Source: a virus (taxonomy: Duplodnaviria; Caudoviricetes). From it: DNA of 56,552 bases. The notes below the pieces were generated by a model that was not told the origin of the DNA, searched no databases, and saw only the letters and a list, made by a program, of their open reading frames with translations. Location: IMG/VR virus record IMGVR_UViG_3300005512_000042, positions 1 to 56,552 of that record; one strand, given 5' to 3'. Both the position numbers and the translations under genes were made by a program. How positions within the stretch are numbered: position 1 is the first letter of the stretch; each line of letters starts with the position of its first letter. This document shows positions 27,001 to 39,100 of this stretch, one piece after another.

Positions 27001-30000
27001 TCAACTGACCATCATATGGGTTTGTTACATATGTCTTGGTAGGTGTGTTATATGGACCTTCTTTATGGTCGATTGTTGCAAGTCTTGCAGCAAACTTACA
27101 AGCAGTTGCACCCTTCTTGAATGAAACACTGCGAACTGCTTCTCCTGCCTGGAAAGCACCAGTGTTCATTTCAATTTCAAGAAGTTTTGGTATGCAATAG
27201 CGTGAGACCGCAGTGCCGTCAAAGTATGGGAAGAACTCTGTAGATGGTTTTAAATTCTTACCATAGAACTGAATGTTTCTAGATCTCATAAACGAGATCA
27301 GATCTCTACTTACATTTCTATCACCAACGGAAGTTTTTTCATATTCTTCGTGGACGATAGTTCTTGTTCCACCTCTAGACTCTGTACCAAGATCAAATGT
27401 CTCCTGGAATTCTTCTTGAGTTACTGTAACAGCACTCTTACGGACCCATTCGCCAGTACCAACTTGACCAGTGCCTCTTGTATTCTTCTCAGAAACCTTA
27501 TCAACAGACTGTCTGCTATCACCCTCAATACTATCAAGAACACCAGTCCAGTTAGATTCCCAAGAATCCCAAAGAAGTGGAACGAAACCACTCTGTGGAT
27601 CTAATTCATTTGTTCTATCATAGTAATCGATAGTAGCAGTATAGTTACCTTCCGTCTCAATAATTCTGCTTTGTACTCTAACTGTATCTGCCCAGGTATC
27701 ACTAGCAGGAGTCAACTCCATACTACCTTGCCAGAAACTAGAAGCAAATGGTGCTACAGTTTCAGATCTAGTTGCAAAGTTCTGTGCTAACCACTCTTGG
27801 TCGGAATATTCTAGAGACAGAATATCATTTTCTTTTCTAACATTATCGCTTTCGATTACATTATAGTTGAAGTCAGTCGTTGGATCTACACCAACAACAG
27901 GACCAAAGACCATATCAATAGAATTGGTATAATGCTTAGGTCTTAATTCTTTATTTCTTCTATCAATAGAGTTTCTAATATTAGTTTGTGTCTCTTGAGT
28001 CTGGAATGAGTTGAAGTTATCAACAAAGAAACCTGACTTGAATCTATTCAGACCCTCAGAGTCTGTGATAAACATATTCTCAGTCTTGGTCTCAAGCAAG
28101 GAAAGTGACGTATAATACTCTAAATTTCTAATTCTATTCTCAAGTTGCTTGATATCACTCATTCTATATCTCTTGTTCTCAAGGAACTTCAGAGATGCCT
28201 GCTCAGGATTATAAAGGAATGGAGGAAGAGTTACAGTAGCAATCTCCAGAGCGTCTGCTACGGCGGTAGGAGGTTCTGGTTTGTCTGCAGGTGTACCATA
28301 TACAACTTGGAACTTACCTTCCTTAGTCAAGAATACTCTATCAATTCTTCCCTGATAGTAAGAGAAATCAATGATAGAAGTTTCTTCTGAAGCAAAGATA
28401 TTAGTAGGAGAATTTCCTGCCTGATTGAAAGTGCGACCTAAGAACTCTAGTGGCGATCTTGTGTTTTCTACAACAGAGAAGTCACTTACTCTAGGTCTAA
28501 TATCAAGAATATCTGCATTAGAAATACCGTCTATAGATTGAATTTCTTTTGCATAATCAAACTGCTCATAAGACTGAATGGTTGTGAGATCGCCAGTATC
28601 ATTGGCGTCAAAAGAACCCTTTGCAAAGTAAATCTTGAGTCTCTTGGTGGGTGCAACAGAAGATGGCCTTCTTCTAATCGAAGAGTAACCATAGATAGAT
28701 TTCTGTTGACCAGTGCTAAACGTATAGTTAGAAGAGATATTAAAGTGATCATCATCGATAGATGATATAACTGCTTCCACTAAACTTTCTTGGAAGATTA
28801 CCGTTTCACCTGCAGTAAAATCTACTTGGTTTTGTAAGACAAATGCTACTTGCAGACTGCTTGGTTTTTCTACACAGATTGCAATTGCACCACTGTTTTG
28901 ACCAATTATCAGTTCACCATTGATAACATCTGAAGTTGTAGAAGTTGCACTAGTAATATCACTAAAAGTCAATCTAGGAGCACTAGGATCGGTAAGACCA
29001 CTTGACTCATAGATAGCGTGGATTTTGAATACATCAGGAGTATTCAGTGAAATAACATCGTCTTCTACTCTAGTACCAAAGGCATAGTTACCATAAGTAA
29101 GACCATTGTTGAGAGTAGTAGTACCAATACCAACACCATTGATACCAGAACCTTCAAGTTTAGACTTATCGACTACAATGTATGATGCTCTATTCTTGAT
29201 TTTCTTCTTAGGAAGTGGAGCAGACTTTCTAACAGTAACAATTAATTGCGCTCCAGTATCTGAACCAGAGTTCATACCTGTAATATTATTGATTGTCTTC
29301 TGATCATTACTGAAATCGAACATTTCAGCAGTAAGAGGTTCAATTACACCAGTGCTTCTAATCAGAGAATATCTCTGTGGCGTAAAAGTCATAAAGATTT
29401 CATTACCAGCAGCTTCAATTGGTGTACCAGTATCAATAGAACCAGAGTTAGTGATATTGACTGTATACGACTTTCTAAGCACCAACTGTGTTTCTTTCAT
29501 ATTCACAGTTGCGATATTGTTCTTCGACAACTTAGTGAAGAGAGTGTTATCAGAAGAACTATCAAGTTTAGTGGTCATAATGTTCATATCGGACACTTCT
29601 GTTGGTGTAGCAGGAAGAAGACCGTTTGCAATACCTGCAACAGTATGAACACCAACGATAGTAACAGATGTTGTACCAACACTAACAACTCTTGCTAGTG
29701 TGGGATCACCAGAAATAACGGGATTGGAGAACTGAACAAGATCATTTTCTAATACCGTACCAAGGAATCTTGGGTTAGTGCTGTAAACAACTGATTGTGC
29801 ATTGTTATCATATCCGATAATATTTGCAACACCAACGTTGAATTTCTTCTGAGGAACGATATCAGCAGCAAATGTATTGATACCAGTGTTATTTGTAGTA
29901 TTATCTGTAGCAAACAGAGATTTTACTTCAGAGATAGAGTGGTCAACAGCAGAAACTACAACTCTGTTGCTAGCAACACCATTGAAAATGAGTTGCTCAC

Positions 30001-31594
30001 CTTTCAAGAAACTACCAGTATAGTCATACACAGTAACGGCAGTACCTGCTTGAACCGCATATCTAATGAAACCTTGAGCACCACTGTTAGCACCCCTGAC
30101 ATGTGTAGGTACAGAAAGTGTTTCTGCTTGGTTGATAGTGACGTTTGTATATGTCTTTACATCGTAGAGAGAAGTTCCCCACTCATTCAAATCTACACTC
30201 GTTGCATTATTATATCTACCACTCTTAAGTCTGAAATCATAAAGTCTTGCAAGACCAATTTCATTACCAGGACGATCATTTTGATCTGCTCCACCACGTC
30301 TATCTCTCAGACTGACGACATAAGTATTACCAACACCAACATCTGGTCCTCTCATAACTCTGTTGAGAGTGAATGTAGAACCCGTATTGTAAGAAATGGA
30401 CTCTCCGTCTACATCCCTCTCAGTTCTTGGTTTTTCTACGTCAATAAAAGTTGGAGTTGTGGTCTCAATTTCATAACCTTTTACGTATGCCTTACCAGAA
30501 GAAATCTTATACAGTGCAAGATTTTCATTTGCAGGTGTTCCCCCATATGTAAATTCGTCTTCTTGGAAAACACCGTTGTTTCCAAGGTTATCATTCAAAG
30601 AGTTGAGAACACTAATATCAAAAGGACGGACAACATAGTGTCCACTTTCATCAAAAGTTCTCTTAGCAAGTGTATCTGCTAAATTATCTTGATATACAAT
30701 ACCTGCAGAAGAAGCAGCAGGAAGTTGTTGAGTTCTGAGAACACCAGTATCGATTGAAGCGAGTTCGATAAAGTTGTTATCGTCAAAATCATCAAGTGGT
30801 TTTTTGAATAGGTTTACAGAAATCTTGAGTCTATCTGCACCTGGCGCAGCATAATTATTGAAACCTTGAGAATTGTCGTTCAAAGATTCATCAATTTCAG
30901 GAGTGATGATATCTTCTCTAATTAAGAGACCAACTCTATAACTTGGACTATTATCATATTGATCAAGAACAAGAGTCTCTCTATCTACGTTTACAAAAAA
31001 ACCTCTTATAAAATATACACCTTGCTGAATTTGGAAAGAAGAACCAGTTGCAGTTGCATTATCTGGTCTAGTAGACGCAAAAGGACTACCAGCAGAAATT
31101 GAAGTATTTCCAAGAAGACCAGATGCAATAGTTGCGTTACTAACTAATGTCTCATCATTCTGAAATACCTGCGTCGTATTATTTGCAGTGCTAGAATTCA
31201 GATATGTAATATATAGAGTAAGTGATCCTCTTTCTGAATTTTCTGGTAGCAAGACACTATCTACAATAGCAGAAACCCCAGATGTCTCGCCAGTAATTTT
31301 TGACCCAACAAGTTGATCTGCATAAGCAGAAACCGGAATACCTTGAAAGGTATTATTTAATAGAACACAATTATATAATTGGTTGTAACCAGTATTTCCG
31401 GGTATAACCTTAGAACCTTCTTTGAAAAAGTGAGTTCCAAACTTTTCAATCTGATTCTGAAGAATAGATTGAAGAGTAGTTAATTCTCTTGCCTGAACAG
31501 GGTATCCAGGTTTGAACAGCACCCTATGATAATCATTCGATTGATTAAAATCGTCAAAGTATGGGGATACGTTGAGGTTAGTTTGCTGGGGCAT
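24029..31594 (-). CDS. Large virion structural protein, DUF4815/VrlC-like (2521 aa)
   Basis: NLNVSPYFDDF, RVLFKPGYPVQARELT, APGADR, RFKSGFFVDNF, PLAQSF, C-terminal PRIKDLRVIALA. Confidence 0.88.
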   Translation of the reverse strand: MPQQTNLNVSPYFDDFNQSNDYHRVLFKPGYPVQARELTTLQSILQNQIEKFGTHFFKEGSKVIPGNTGYNQLYNCVLLNNTFQGIPVSAYADQLVGSKITGETSGVSAIVDSVLLPENSERGSLTLYITYLNSSTANNTTQVFQNDETLVSNATIASGLLGNTSISAGSPFASTRPDNATATGSSFQIQQGVYFIRGFFVNVDRETLVLDQYDNSPSYRVGLLIREDIITPEIDESLNDNSQGFNNYAAPGADRLKISVNLFKKPLDDFDDNNFIELASIDTGVLRTQQLPAASSAGIVYQDNLADTLAKRTFDESGHYVVRPFDISVLNSLNDNLGNNGVFQEDEFTYGGTPANENLALYKISSGKAYVKGYEIETTTPTFIDVEKPRTERDVDGESISYNTGSTFTLNRVMRGPDVGVGNTYVVSLRDRRGGADQNDRPGNEIGLARLYDFRLKSGRYNNATSVDLNEWGTSLYDVKTYTNVTINQAETLSVPTHVRGANSGAQGFIRYAVQAGTAVTVYDYTGSFLKGEQLIFNGVASNRVVVSAVDHSISEVKSLFATDNTTNNTGINTFAADIVPQKKFNVGVANIIGYDNNAQSVVYSTNPRFLGTVLENDLVQFSNPVISGDPTLARVVSVGTTSVTIVGVHTVAGIANGLLPATPTEVSDMNIMTTKLDSSSDNTLFTKLSKNNIATVNMKETQLVLRKSYTVNITNSGSIDTGTPIEAAGNEIFMTFTPQRYSLIRSTGVIEPLTAEMFDFSNDQKTINNITGMNSGSDTGAQLIVTVRKSAPLPKKKIKNRASYIVVDKSKLEGSGINGVGIGTTTLNNGLTYGNYAFGTRVEDDVISLNTPDVFKIHAIYESSGLTDPSAPRLTFSDITSATSTTSDVINGELIIGQNSGAIAICVEKPSSLQVAFVLQNQVDFTAGETVIFQESLVEAVISSIDDDHFNISSNYTFSTGQQKSIYGYSSIRRRPSSVAPTKRLKIYFAKGSFDANDTGDLTTIQSYEQFDYAKEIQSIDGISNADILDIRPRVSDFSVVENTRSPLEFLGRTFNQAGNSPTNIFASEETSIIDFSYYQGRIDRVFLTKEGKFQVVYGTPADKPEPPTAVADALEIATVTLPPFLYNPEQASLKFLENKRYRMSDIKQLENRIRNLEYYTSLSLLETKTENMFITDSEGLNRFKSGFFVDNFNSFQTQETQTNIRNSIDRRNKELRPKHYTNSIDMVFGPVVGVDPTTDFNYNVIESDNVRKENDILSLEYSDQEWLAQNFATRSETVAPFASSFWQGSMELTPASDTWADTVRVQSRIIETEGNYTATIDYYDRTNELDPQSGFVPLLWDSWESNWTGVLDSIEGDSRQSVDKVSEKNTRGTGQVGTGEWVRKSAVTVTQEEFQETFDLGTESRGGTRTIVHEEYEKTSVGDRNVSRDLISFMRSRNIQFYGKNLKPSTEFFPYFDGTAVSRYCIPKLLEIEMNTGAFQAGEAVRSVSFKKGATACKFAARLATIDHKEGPYNTPTKTYVTNPYDGQLMPGDYSSTSSFINIDTYSLCNEYQGEYYGFVEIGTVLVGETSGATATVTNLRHISDDQSDCLGVFYIPQTTTSYHPRFECGQRSFILTSSESNDAESVTSIAEENFSASGLVNSSESIRLTRINDKKEFGEETVNTSPGTQIVGTHVVGRSSQDNIIGWYNPLAQSFLVDDETGIFLSRIELYFRAKDTNDVPVMVSIRTMENGLPSSKVLPFSEIIVDPEDVDTSLDGSIATVFQMKAPVYLEGRREYAICVSTNSKEYSLFVARVGQNDIQDGTLISNQPYLGNLFKSQNVGTWEASQWEDLKFNLYRAEFEEGGTVEVYSPQLAVGNHQIATLMPDSIMMEDRSLRIGVGIGTSAFTDGGFEVGNTFQQMNTLATGVLTGVGASATGDLTITSAGVGYTPVSGRHSFNSVELTTITGKGSGARADVTIDAGVAIAATITTDIGGGIGYQIGDVLGITTIGSGTAGSGVEFTVAGVGATSVLFFNHVQGDFVVSTANTITYINSSGISTEFNYHVDDPQRKGTGKINSIKVLSDGEHIKVTHQNHGMNYADNLVQIFNAESDVPPTKLSVAYEIGSTAAISVDDNSAFGTFENAPVSTTNAGYLKIGNEIIEYTEVSGSNIIGGTITRGVDKATYPIGTLVYKYELNGVNLARINKVHDLEDVTKPDPIGFDSYHIKLNMAETFSQGVGVNNVDRSNNVTYPALYVKDVKETGGYNIRATQNIPFEVITPMVQLFNPQGTTINAELRTTTTQSLDGNEVPYVNNGYESIQLNKPNFMTTPRAVFSKVNEDDKLSTSPGNKSLSMRMSLNTIDSRLSPIIDAQRINTILTTNRVDQPITDYATDARVNGIDTDPSAFQYVSREISLENPATSLKIVLNAHINSYNDIRAFYAVGEEPNGSPIFIPFPGYENLNDRGEVIDTKDSNGLPDALIQKSNTLGFESRDLEYREYTFTMDNLPSFKFYRIKLVATSTSQVYVPRIKDLRVIALA

Positions 31595-31600
31595 AATTCT

Positions 31601-33154
31601 TTAGAACTGCAAGATAATTTTTATGTCTTCTTTTTGATTCACTGACCTCATCGTTGAAGGTCTGTTATCAACGTAAATGATATTTCCAGAATGCTTTTTG
31701 ACTTCTGGACTTGCTAAACCGTCAATAAAAGACAATCCAAAGTAGTAGGTTCTATTATTTATTATGGTACTTATACCTGTGTAATTTGCGTCAATTTGTA
31801 AAGTTTGTCCAGTTGAAGGTACAATGTTCAAACTACCACCCTGATCTGGTTCGCTTGTAAAGTCTGCAAGATCAAAACCATAAACTGGAGTAGAATTAAG
31901 AGTGCCATTAGTATTAAAACCAGTAACACTTCTATCTTGCCAGTATTTCAAAACACCAGTTGTTTGATCATAACTCACAACTCTACCAACTGCAGTTGTA
32001 CCAGCAGCAATAGTTTGAGTTACAAATGAGTTTTCTGTAAATAATGCTTCACTATAACCAGCACCGACAAGTTTTAAGGCACCAACAGCACTTGCCTTAT
32101 CTCTAGTTAAAGTAATTGAAGAACCGAATTCAGATGGATTCTGAACAATACCGATTCTTGCAAAATTATTATTTGTTACAAAGTCAGGATTTTCTGTATC
32201 GTTTTCAAGTCTTGTATAGATAAGAACATTATATGCGCCCAATTCTCTGTAAATATCTTTACCATGACCTCCCTGTGGAGGAATAATGACATTAAATATT
32301 GCAGGGCTAGTACCTGCTGGAAGACCTGCTGACAGAGCATCGACATATCCGTAAGTATAACCAGAACCTTGATTGGATACCTCTACTTTTGATACTTGAG
32401 AATCTTCATCAACAATGATGGTACAAGTAGCACCGAATCCATCTCCTTTGATAGGAACATTTTTATATTGAACGTTAGCAGCACCAAGTGCTACACCTTT
32501 ACTTACAACAGTAACAATCTTGATAGCACCATCTACTGCATTATCTCTTACAAGTGAATCATCTGTTGAAGTTTCCCAGTTTCTTGGAACAGGCAAGAAG
32601 CGAGTAGAATCAAACTTAATAATATCCGATGGTTTCAGCGTATAAAGATATTTCCAAATATAACCATCACCACTAGAACCTGCTGCTCTTGGTTCTAAAT
32701 CAGTAAATTTTGGTTCATCCAAAGATGGTTTACCTGAAGGATTATCAGGACTAGTTCCGTTCTGAAGACAAATATAAACTCTATACTCAGAGTTCATTAC
32801 ATAATAGAATGCACCATATAAGGTTGGAGAACCAGAAACTGGTGCCAGATTGTCGATAGTGTAATCATGACGGTACATGTCATACTTAGTACCGGATGAC
32901 CAAACTCTCTTTGGTATCACCTGCATTACATCTTCAGAAGTTATCTTCTTCATAGATGTCATCGTGTCCCAATAGTCATTCTCCTGATCAAAACTATCTC
33001 TGGGAGAAGGTGGAGTAGAGTTCCAATTACTTCTATAATCTGATGGATTAGTCAAACCAATCCAAGTATAAAAAGAGTTTGAGCTGGTATTGATGCCAGT
33101 AACAAAACTCTTTGCATTCAGGATTCTAATTTGATCAGTTATAATTGCTGCCAT
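31601..33154 (-). CDS. gp8: Baseplate wedge subunit gp8
   Basis: YDMYRHDY, VYICLQNG, DGYIWKYLY, QKEDIKIILQF; late promoter at 33174-33181. Confidence 0.93.
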   Translation of the reverse strand: MAAIITDQIRILNAKSFVTGINTSSNSFYTWIGLTNPSDYRSNWNSTPPSPRDSFDQENDYWDTMTSMKKITSEDVMQVIPKRVWSSGTKYDMYRHDYTIDNLAPVSGSPTLYGAFYYVMNSEYRVYICLQNGTSPDNPSGKPSLDEPKFTDLEPRAAGSSGDGYIWKYLYTLKPSDIIKFDSTRFLPVPRNWETSTDDSLVRDNAVDGAIKIVTVVSKGVALGAANVQYKNVPIKGDGFGATCTIIVDEDSQVSKVEVSNQGSGYTYGYVDALSAGLPAGTSPAIFNVIIPPQGGHGKDIYRELGAYNVLIYTRLENDTENPDFVTNNNFARIGIVQNPSEFGSSITLTRDKASAVGALKLVGAGYSEALFTENSFVTQTIAAGTTAVGRVVSYDQTTGVLKYWQDRSVTGFNTNGTLNSTPVYGFDLADFTSEPDQGGSLNIVPSTGQTLQIDANYTGISTIINNRTYYFGLSFIDGLASPEVKKHSGNIIYVDNRPSTMRSVNQKEDIKIILQF

Positions 33155-33185
33155 TGTGACACAGTTTTTTCTTTATTTAGACGGA

Positions 33186-36100
33186 CTATTGTACTGTGTA
33201 GTTTGCAAACCGAAGTTCTTCAAATCTATTCACAGTTGATGACGTGGATAAACCACCGACCCCACTCATAGTTTGTGCAGTATACTCCGAACTACCTGTT
33301 CTCAAAGAAATAATAACCTTACCCCAAGTATAGTTACCAAAATATAAAGATGATGTGGTCATACCAGAGTTTGCTGTGAAGTCATAACCTTCTGGGAAGT
33401 TATCTTCAACTCTGACATGAACTCTCTTCACAGATGTGGTAATACCACCGACCTCAACTTGTTCTTGATGAATCGCTCTTACTTCATATACATTATCAAA
33501 GTATTCTGTTCCGATACCGATTACAGTTCCACTAGAATCAAGAGATTGAATAGAAGTAGATGCGACACCAACATTAGAGTTATTGACCACAAAGTAATCG
33601 CCAACCTCCATATTAGTAACACTAACAATACCACCGCCGGTAATAATATCTGTAGTATCGAAGATAAGACTTGGTGATGGAATCATTAAGTCAAATACCA
33701 TTCTAAATTCAGAACTTACAGAAGTTGTTGCAAATCCAACAATTCTTCCTTCATCACCTGTATATGAGAATACATCGCAATTTTCAAATGTCGTGGTAGG
33801 TGGAGTAATCAAAACAGCAGGTGGATTGCTGCGTGTATATCCAGCACCAGGATTTATAATATGGGATCCAACAACCTGACCGCCAGAGAGGTTTAGGTTA
33901 GCAGTTGCTGTTCCTGATCCAGTACCAAAACCAACAGTAGCAGCAATACTAACTGCAGCAGTACCAATACCAGAACCAGGATTAGTTATTGTAAGAGCAG
34001 TAATAGAACCAAAACCAGAAACAGTAGCAGTTGCTGAAGCAGCAACTGTGGAATTTTTAGACAGAATTGTAACTTTATTTTGGAAAGAACGGTTGACGGG
34101 ACTCTCTAAGTTAGAATCAAATGCTGGTCTTACAGAATCAAGATAGAAAATAGTATCAGCAGCACCAACATTCTTGATCAAGTTGCCCATTGGATTAATA
34201 ATAGGTTCGTAGAATGTTCTATCCTTAGTGATCAGATTATCCTGAACAAACTTATCTTCAGTCTGCTTACACCAAACAAGTGGACGCAAAAGATTAGGAT
34301 CATTTACATTACCTGGACCATAATATGGAACAGTCTCAGCAACTTCAGAAGAAAGAACTTCACTTACTGTTCTTGGATTCTCGTTGAGATCTCTCTCGTC
34401 AGATTGTACTCTAACGACATCACCCTCCTTGATTGTCTGAATAACATCCCTATCAATAACGTCACTAACACCATTGCCTCTGTAGAAATATATTCTGAGA
34501 CTATCGCCAACAGTCAAAGGTTCTGTGAAGAATATTCTAGAACCACCACGGAATATGTAAGACACATTTGGAATCTGAAGAACATCGTTTACAAATACCA
34601 ACAAGGTTTGTTCAATATCAATATTAGAACCTCTTGCTGCGAGGATAGTGTAAGATTCACCCTGATAGAAAAGTGGGAATATTCTTCTTCTTCCATCAAT
34701 ATATGATTCAACACTATCCAAAGGTTGAATTTGTCCTATCGACCAACCATTGAATCTATCGCCATGAACTCTTTCAATAGTAACTTGGAACTCTTTAAAT
34801 GAACCAGTAGTTGGAATACCAGTCAAACCACCTGTTTCTACTGTAAGTATTTCATTGTTTCCATAACTATAACCATTATTACGCATATCAGCATCAATAA
34901 TGCTTGATCCCTGACCAACAACAATTGATATTGTTGCTTCTGTTCCTGGTCCAACTATTCCATTATCATTACTATAAATCAAAGGAAGATTATCATAAGC
35001 GCGTGGTCCCTCAAAGACAACCCCCGTACTAAATCCATAACCGGGATTTGTAATACTAGAAGCAGTAGAAATGTGACCAGTTCCAGTTATGATTGTAGAG
35101 AAACCAACATGTACTCTGTTATTTGTACCTTCACGCAGAATTGCTTTTCTAGAAATTCCACCAGTCCACTGGTGAATATATTGACCACCAGCAATCAAGG
35201 CATTTGATGCAGCACTTACAAATGTATGAGCATATTGATCGTCTGCACTAGATGCGCCAACATTCAACGTAATTGTAGTAGAAGTTACTGAAATAATATC
35301 AATAGTTCTACCTGCAGCGGGATCAGTTGCGCGAGGATATGTGTGATTGGTAGTATTACCATCTTTGCTGCAAGTAAACGTCAGAGAATCAGTTGCAAGA
35401 GATACGCCTTGTGTAGGCAGTAAATTGTGTGAACCAATGGTCAGAACCAGAATACCTGTAGCAGAATCATAAGTAGCATCAGTTGGGGTGTAATATACTC
35501 TTGGAGATGTACCAAGATTTACTTCAATGGTGTCTCTAGTCGCTACATTGATGGTAACAGGTCTTCTATAAGTTGGATCAGTTGGTCTAGGATAAGACTT
35601 GACGGTTTGGAAGTTATCACTAGAACACTTGAATTTAAATGAACCGTCAGCAAATCTAATAGTTTCCCCAACTTCAAAACCGTATTCTCCATCAAGAGTA
35701 ATTGTAGAAATACCAGTGACTGGATTATAAGTAGCACTCAGAACATCAGCATATTCAATAAGTGCATCAATGTTTACAAAACCAAGTTGTGGGGTTGTAA
35801 TTCCAATGCTAACCTGACTGCCTGAGGTAATTGGAATACCGGTTGTAGCACCTACACCAATCTCAACGTAAGTATCACCAACAGCAGTAATTGGTGTTGG
35901 GAACATATACGTAGAAATTGCAATTCTTGCACCATGATCTGAGAATGTTCCAGTCTCGCTATATGCACTCAGGATACCAAGAACACTATTTTGATTCTCA
36001 AGATAGATAGTTTGGAATCCAACAGGTATTGGATGGTTGATATCTGTGAGAATATCGTAGTTGTTAGCAACTCTATAACCACTACCAGTATTAGCAACAC

Positions 36101-39100
36101 TGACGCTTTCAATAGTTCCACCAAGAGAAACAATTGCTGTACCACCAGCACCAATCAGAGGTTGATAACCAAGACCTTCGGTAGTGCCAATAGCTTGAAT
36201 AACGCCACCTCTTGGGAAACTAGAAACACCGACATCATAACCAATTGCCTGTCTATCTCCATAGAAAGAAGCAGAACTAATACCAGAAGATGGTTCAGTA
36301 ATTCGATATACTGCAGTATTTGCAACTTGAAGACCTGGTGGTTGGAAGATACCGTTGATTAGCAGAACAGCATTATCGTTAGTGTAACCTGAGACATTTT
36401 GACTGCCGGAGGTAAGTGCAAATTGAGACTCAAACCCATCAAACTTAGGCGCTACGTCATCAAAAATCTTATTCTTCTCATATGAATGAGTTTGTGCGCC
36501 ACCAACAGGTCCACGCATAAAGACTCTTCCGTGGAAAGAAGAACCAGTAGCAATACCAGTCCAATCCTGTTCATCAGGATCATTTCCAGGAAGAGGAGTG
36601 ATACCAAAGGGTGGTTCAACAAAATTCAGGACACTATCAGTGATAGTATAGTTACCAGCAACCTTGAATACAGTTGATCCTATACCATGAACTTCCAAAT
36701 CTGTTCCAACTCTACCTCTTTGAACTCTAAAGACGTTGGGATCAGTTGCAATGCCGATAGAAGCAATCTTCATGATTTCATTGTTTATTTTGATGAAATC
36801 GGCACTGAAGAATGATGTAATACCAGAAACTCTTACAAAGTCTTTCGTAGTCAACATTTGTTCGGCCAATGCAGTAGTAACCGCAGTTGAAACAATGGGT
36901 GACTGAATAATATTATCAACTGTAATCATGACTCTAGCGTCTTGATTAGTAGTCACAAATTTATGAGAAACACCAGTACCTACAGTAGTAAGGTCTAATG
37001 TGCGGGGAACAGGTGCCTGAGCGTCTGCTGCAGATGCCGCAAGTCTGATCTCCTCATCAGTTACTCTAACAATATAAACTTCAGATTCTGTTGCATCAGG
37101 AAGATACTCAGTTGCACCAATTCCACTAAATGTAGATTGAGCAATACCAATAGAAGACGTTACATCATTCACATTGAATCTGCTATACAATACCTTCTCG
37201 CCAGTAGCAAAATAATGATTTGGTATCTTAATAATGTTTAGATCAACGTCAACAATATTTGGATCACTACCATCAAATACTCTTTCAAATACTCTCAAAC
37301 CTTCGTGCTTAATTGGGAATGAAACTCTAACATCATTCAATGTACCAAGATAAGTTGTAGAATCCCTCTTGATATTCTTATTACCACCAAGAGGAACAAT
37401 AGATGGTTCTACTAAATCAGCACCAATTTTTAACTTAGACTGTAATGCATTTGTTACAATATTGATGCCTGGATTAGGTGTAAACAGAATATCTACATGC
37501 AGGAAGTCTCTAACTCTTGCATCAAAAGTTCCAAGACCTGCAGAACCCGTATAAGTTTCTGCATATTCGGTGATGTAAACATCAGAGGCAATACCAACTG
37601 CGTTGATTGTATCAATAGCACTCATTTCAACCGACATATATTCATTATTGGTTGTATCGGCAACCTGAATGTTGTACTTGCAACCATGAATTTCATCATT
37701 ATCAGGAACAAATGTATATGATGCGATTTGAGTTGCTGTTGGAGTTCCAGATGCAGCGATTGTTGTGGTATTTGCAGTTGTATCACCGTGCGGATTTGTG
37801 CTAGTCTGGACTCCTGTATATGAAGAATCAGCAAGAGCAACTACAATTGCATTGATTACACCCGTAGTCCCAACACCAACAGATGAGGGATGGAACTGAA
37901 GATCAATATTGCTACCATTGATTATTGGACTAAATGTACCAAAACCAGAACTAACTCGATCATCTAAACTTGTATCTAACATACCATAGCTACTTGCTTC
38001 AATCTTATCAACACCATTACTTACAATGGTAAGAGTATTCATTGCAAATTCAGTATTAGTTTCACCAGTATCTGGATTGACACATAAGAAAATCTTCTGA
38101 GTAGTAGAAGATGTGCCCATTGAAACAATAGTTGTTGTAACACCTGCCTGGAAGGGAGTGCTAAATGTATTGACGTGAACTAAACTACCTATACTAGTAG
38201 AACCAACACCAGATATTGCGTCATCTAACTGATAACTCAGATATACAATATCAAAATCATTATTCAGAACATATGCTGGATTTGGATAGAATCTAATGAT
38301 ACCTTCACCAGAATCAACTGTGAAGTCAAAGAATCCAAGTTCTCCCACAGTATCAAGAATTGCATACTGGTTAATATATCCAAGATTATTGTCGTGGATG
38401 ATATCGACAGTACTCATCTGTCTTTGAGAGGTAAATCTCTTATCTCTTATCAAGAAGAAATATCTTTGTGCCCTTATATCATCAAGGTCAAACTTGTTAA
38501 CATTAACAAATTCCTCATTTCTTGGACGATGACTGAACTGACTACTAATATCATCAATAAGAAGAACTCTATTATTAATAGATTCTTGATATCTTTTGAT
38601 AATTTTACTGTTGAAAATTATCTCTTTGGAAACTAAACCACCCTTTTGTGCAGCAAATGCGTCCTCTGTAACCATGTCAAAATAATTAACACAATTAATA
38701 TCAACCTCTGTTGTAAATTCTTTTATAGCAATAAGAACAGATTCATTACCTGATATTGTATCATTTCTACCTGCTGTTGATTCTATCTGATGATCAGAGT
38801 ATTTCTGATAACCAACAGGGTGATTGAGGCTAGAAATTGGATCATTCCAAACTTCATATGGAACTCTAGATTTAAGAGAATATGAGAAGTTTTGATAATA
38901 CTTGCTATTCTGTATCTTTTGCAGATTACGATTCAAGAAACCTGCTTCAGTTTTGAAACCCTTTGTATTTTGAATATTTGCACCAAACTTACAATCAGCA
39001 ATAAAATTGGATTTCAATTCACCAAGTTGACCTCTAGATTTAGAAGTTTGACCTACTAGAATTTCTCCAGACTTAAATTCATCTGTAGAAGAAATTCTTA

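Noticed and set aside
29795-30682. 295-aa plus-strand ORF and other antisense ORFs within structural genes
   Set aside because: Shadows of long, well-supported minus-strand genes.
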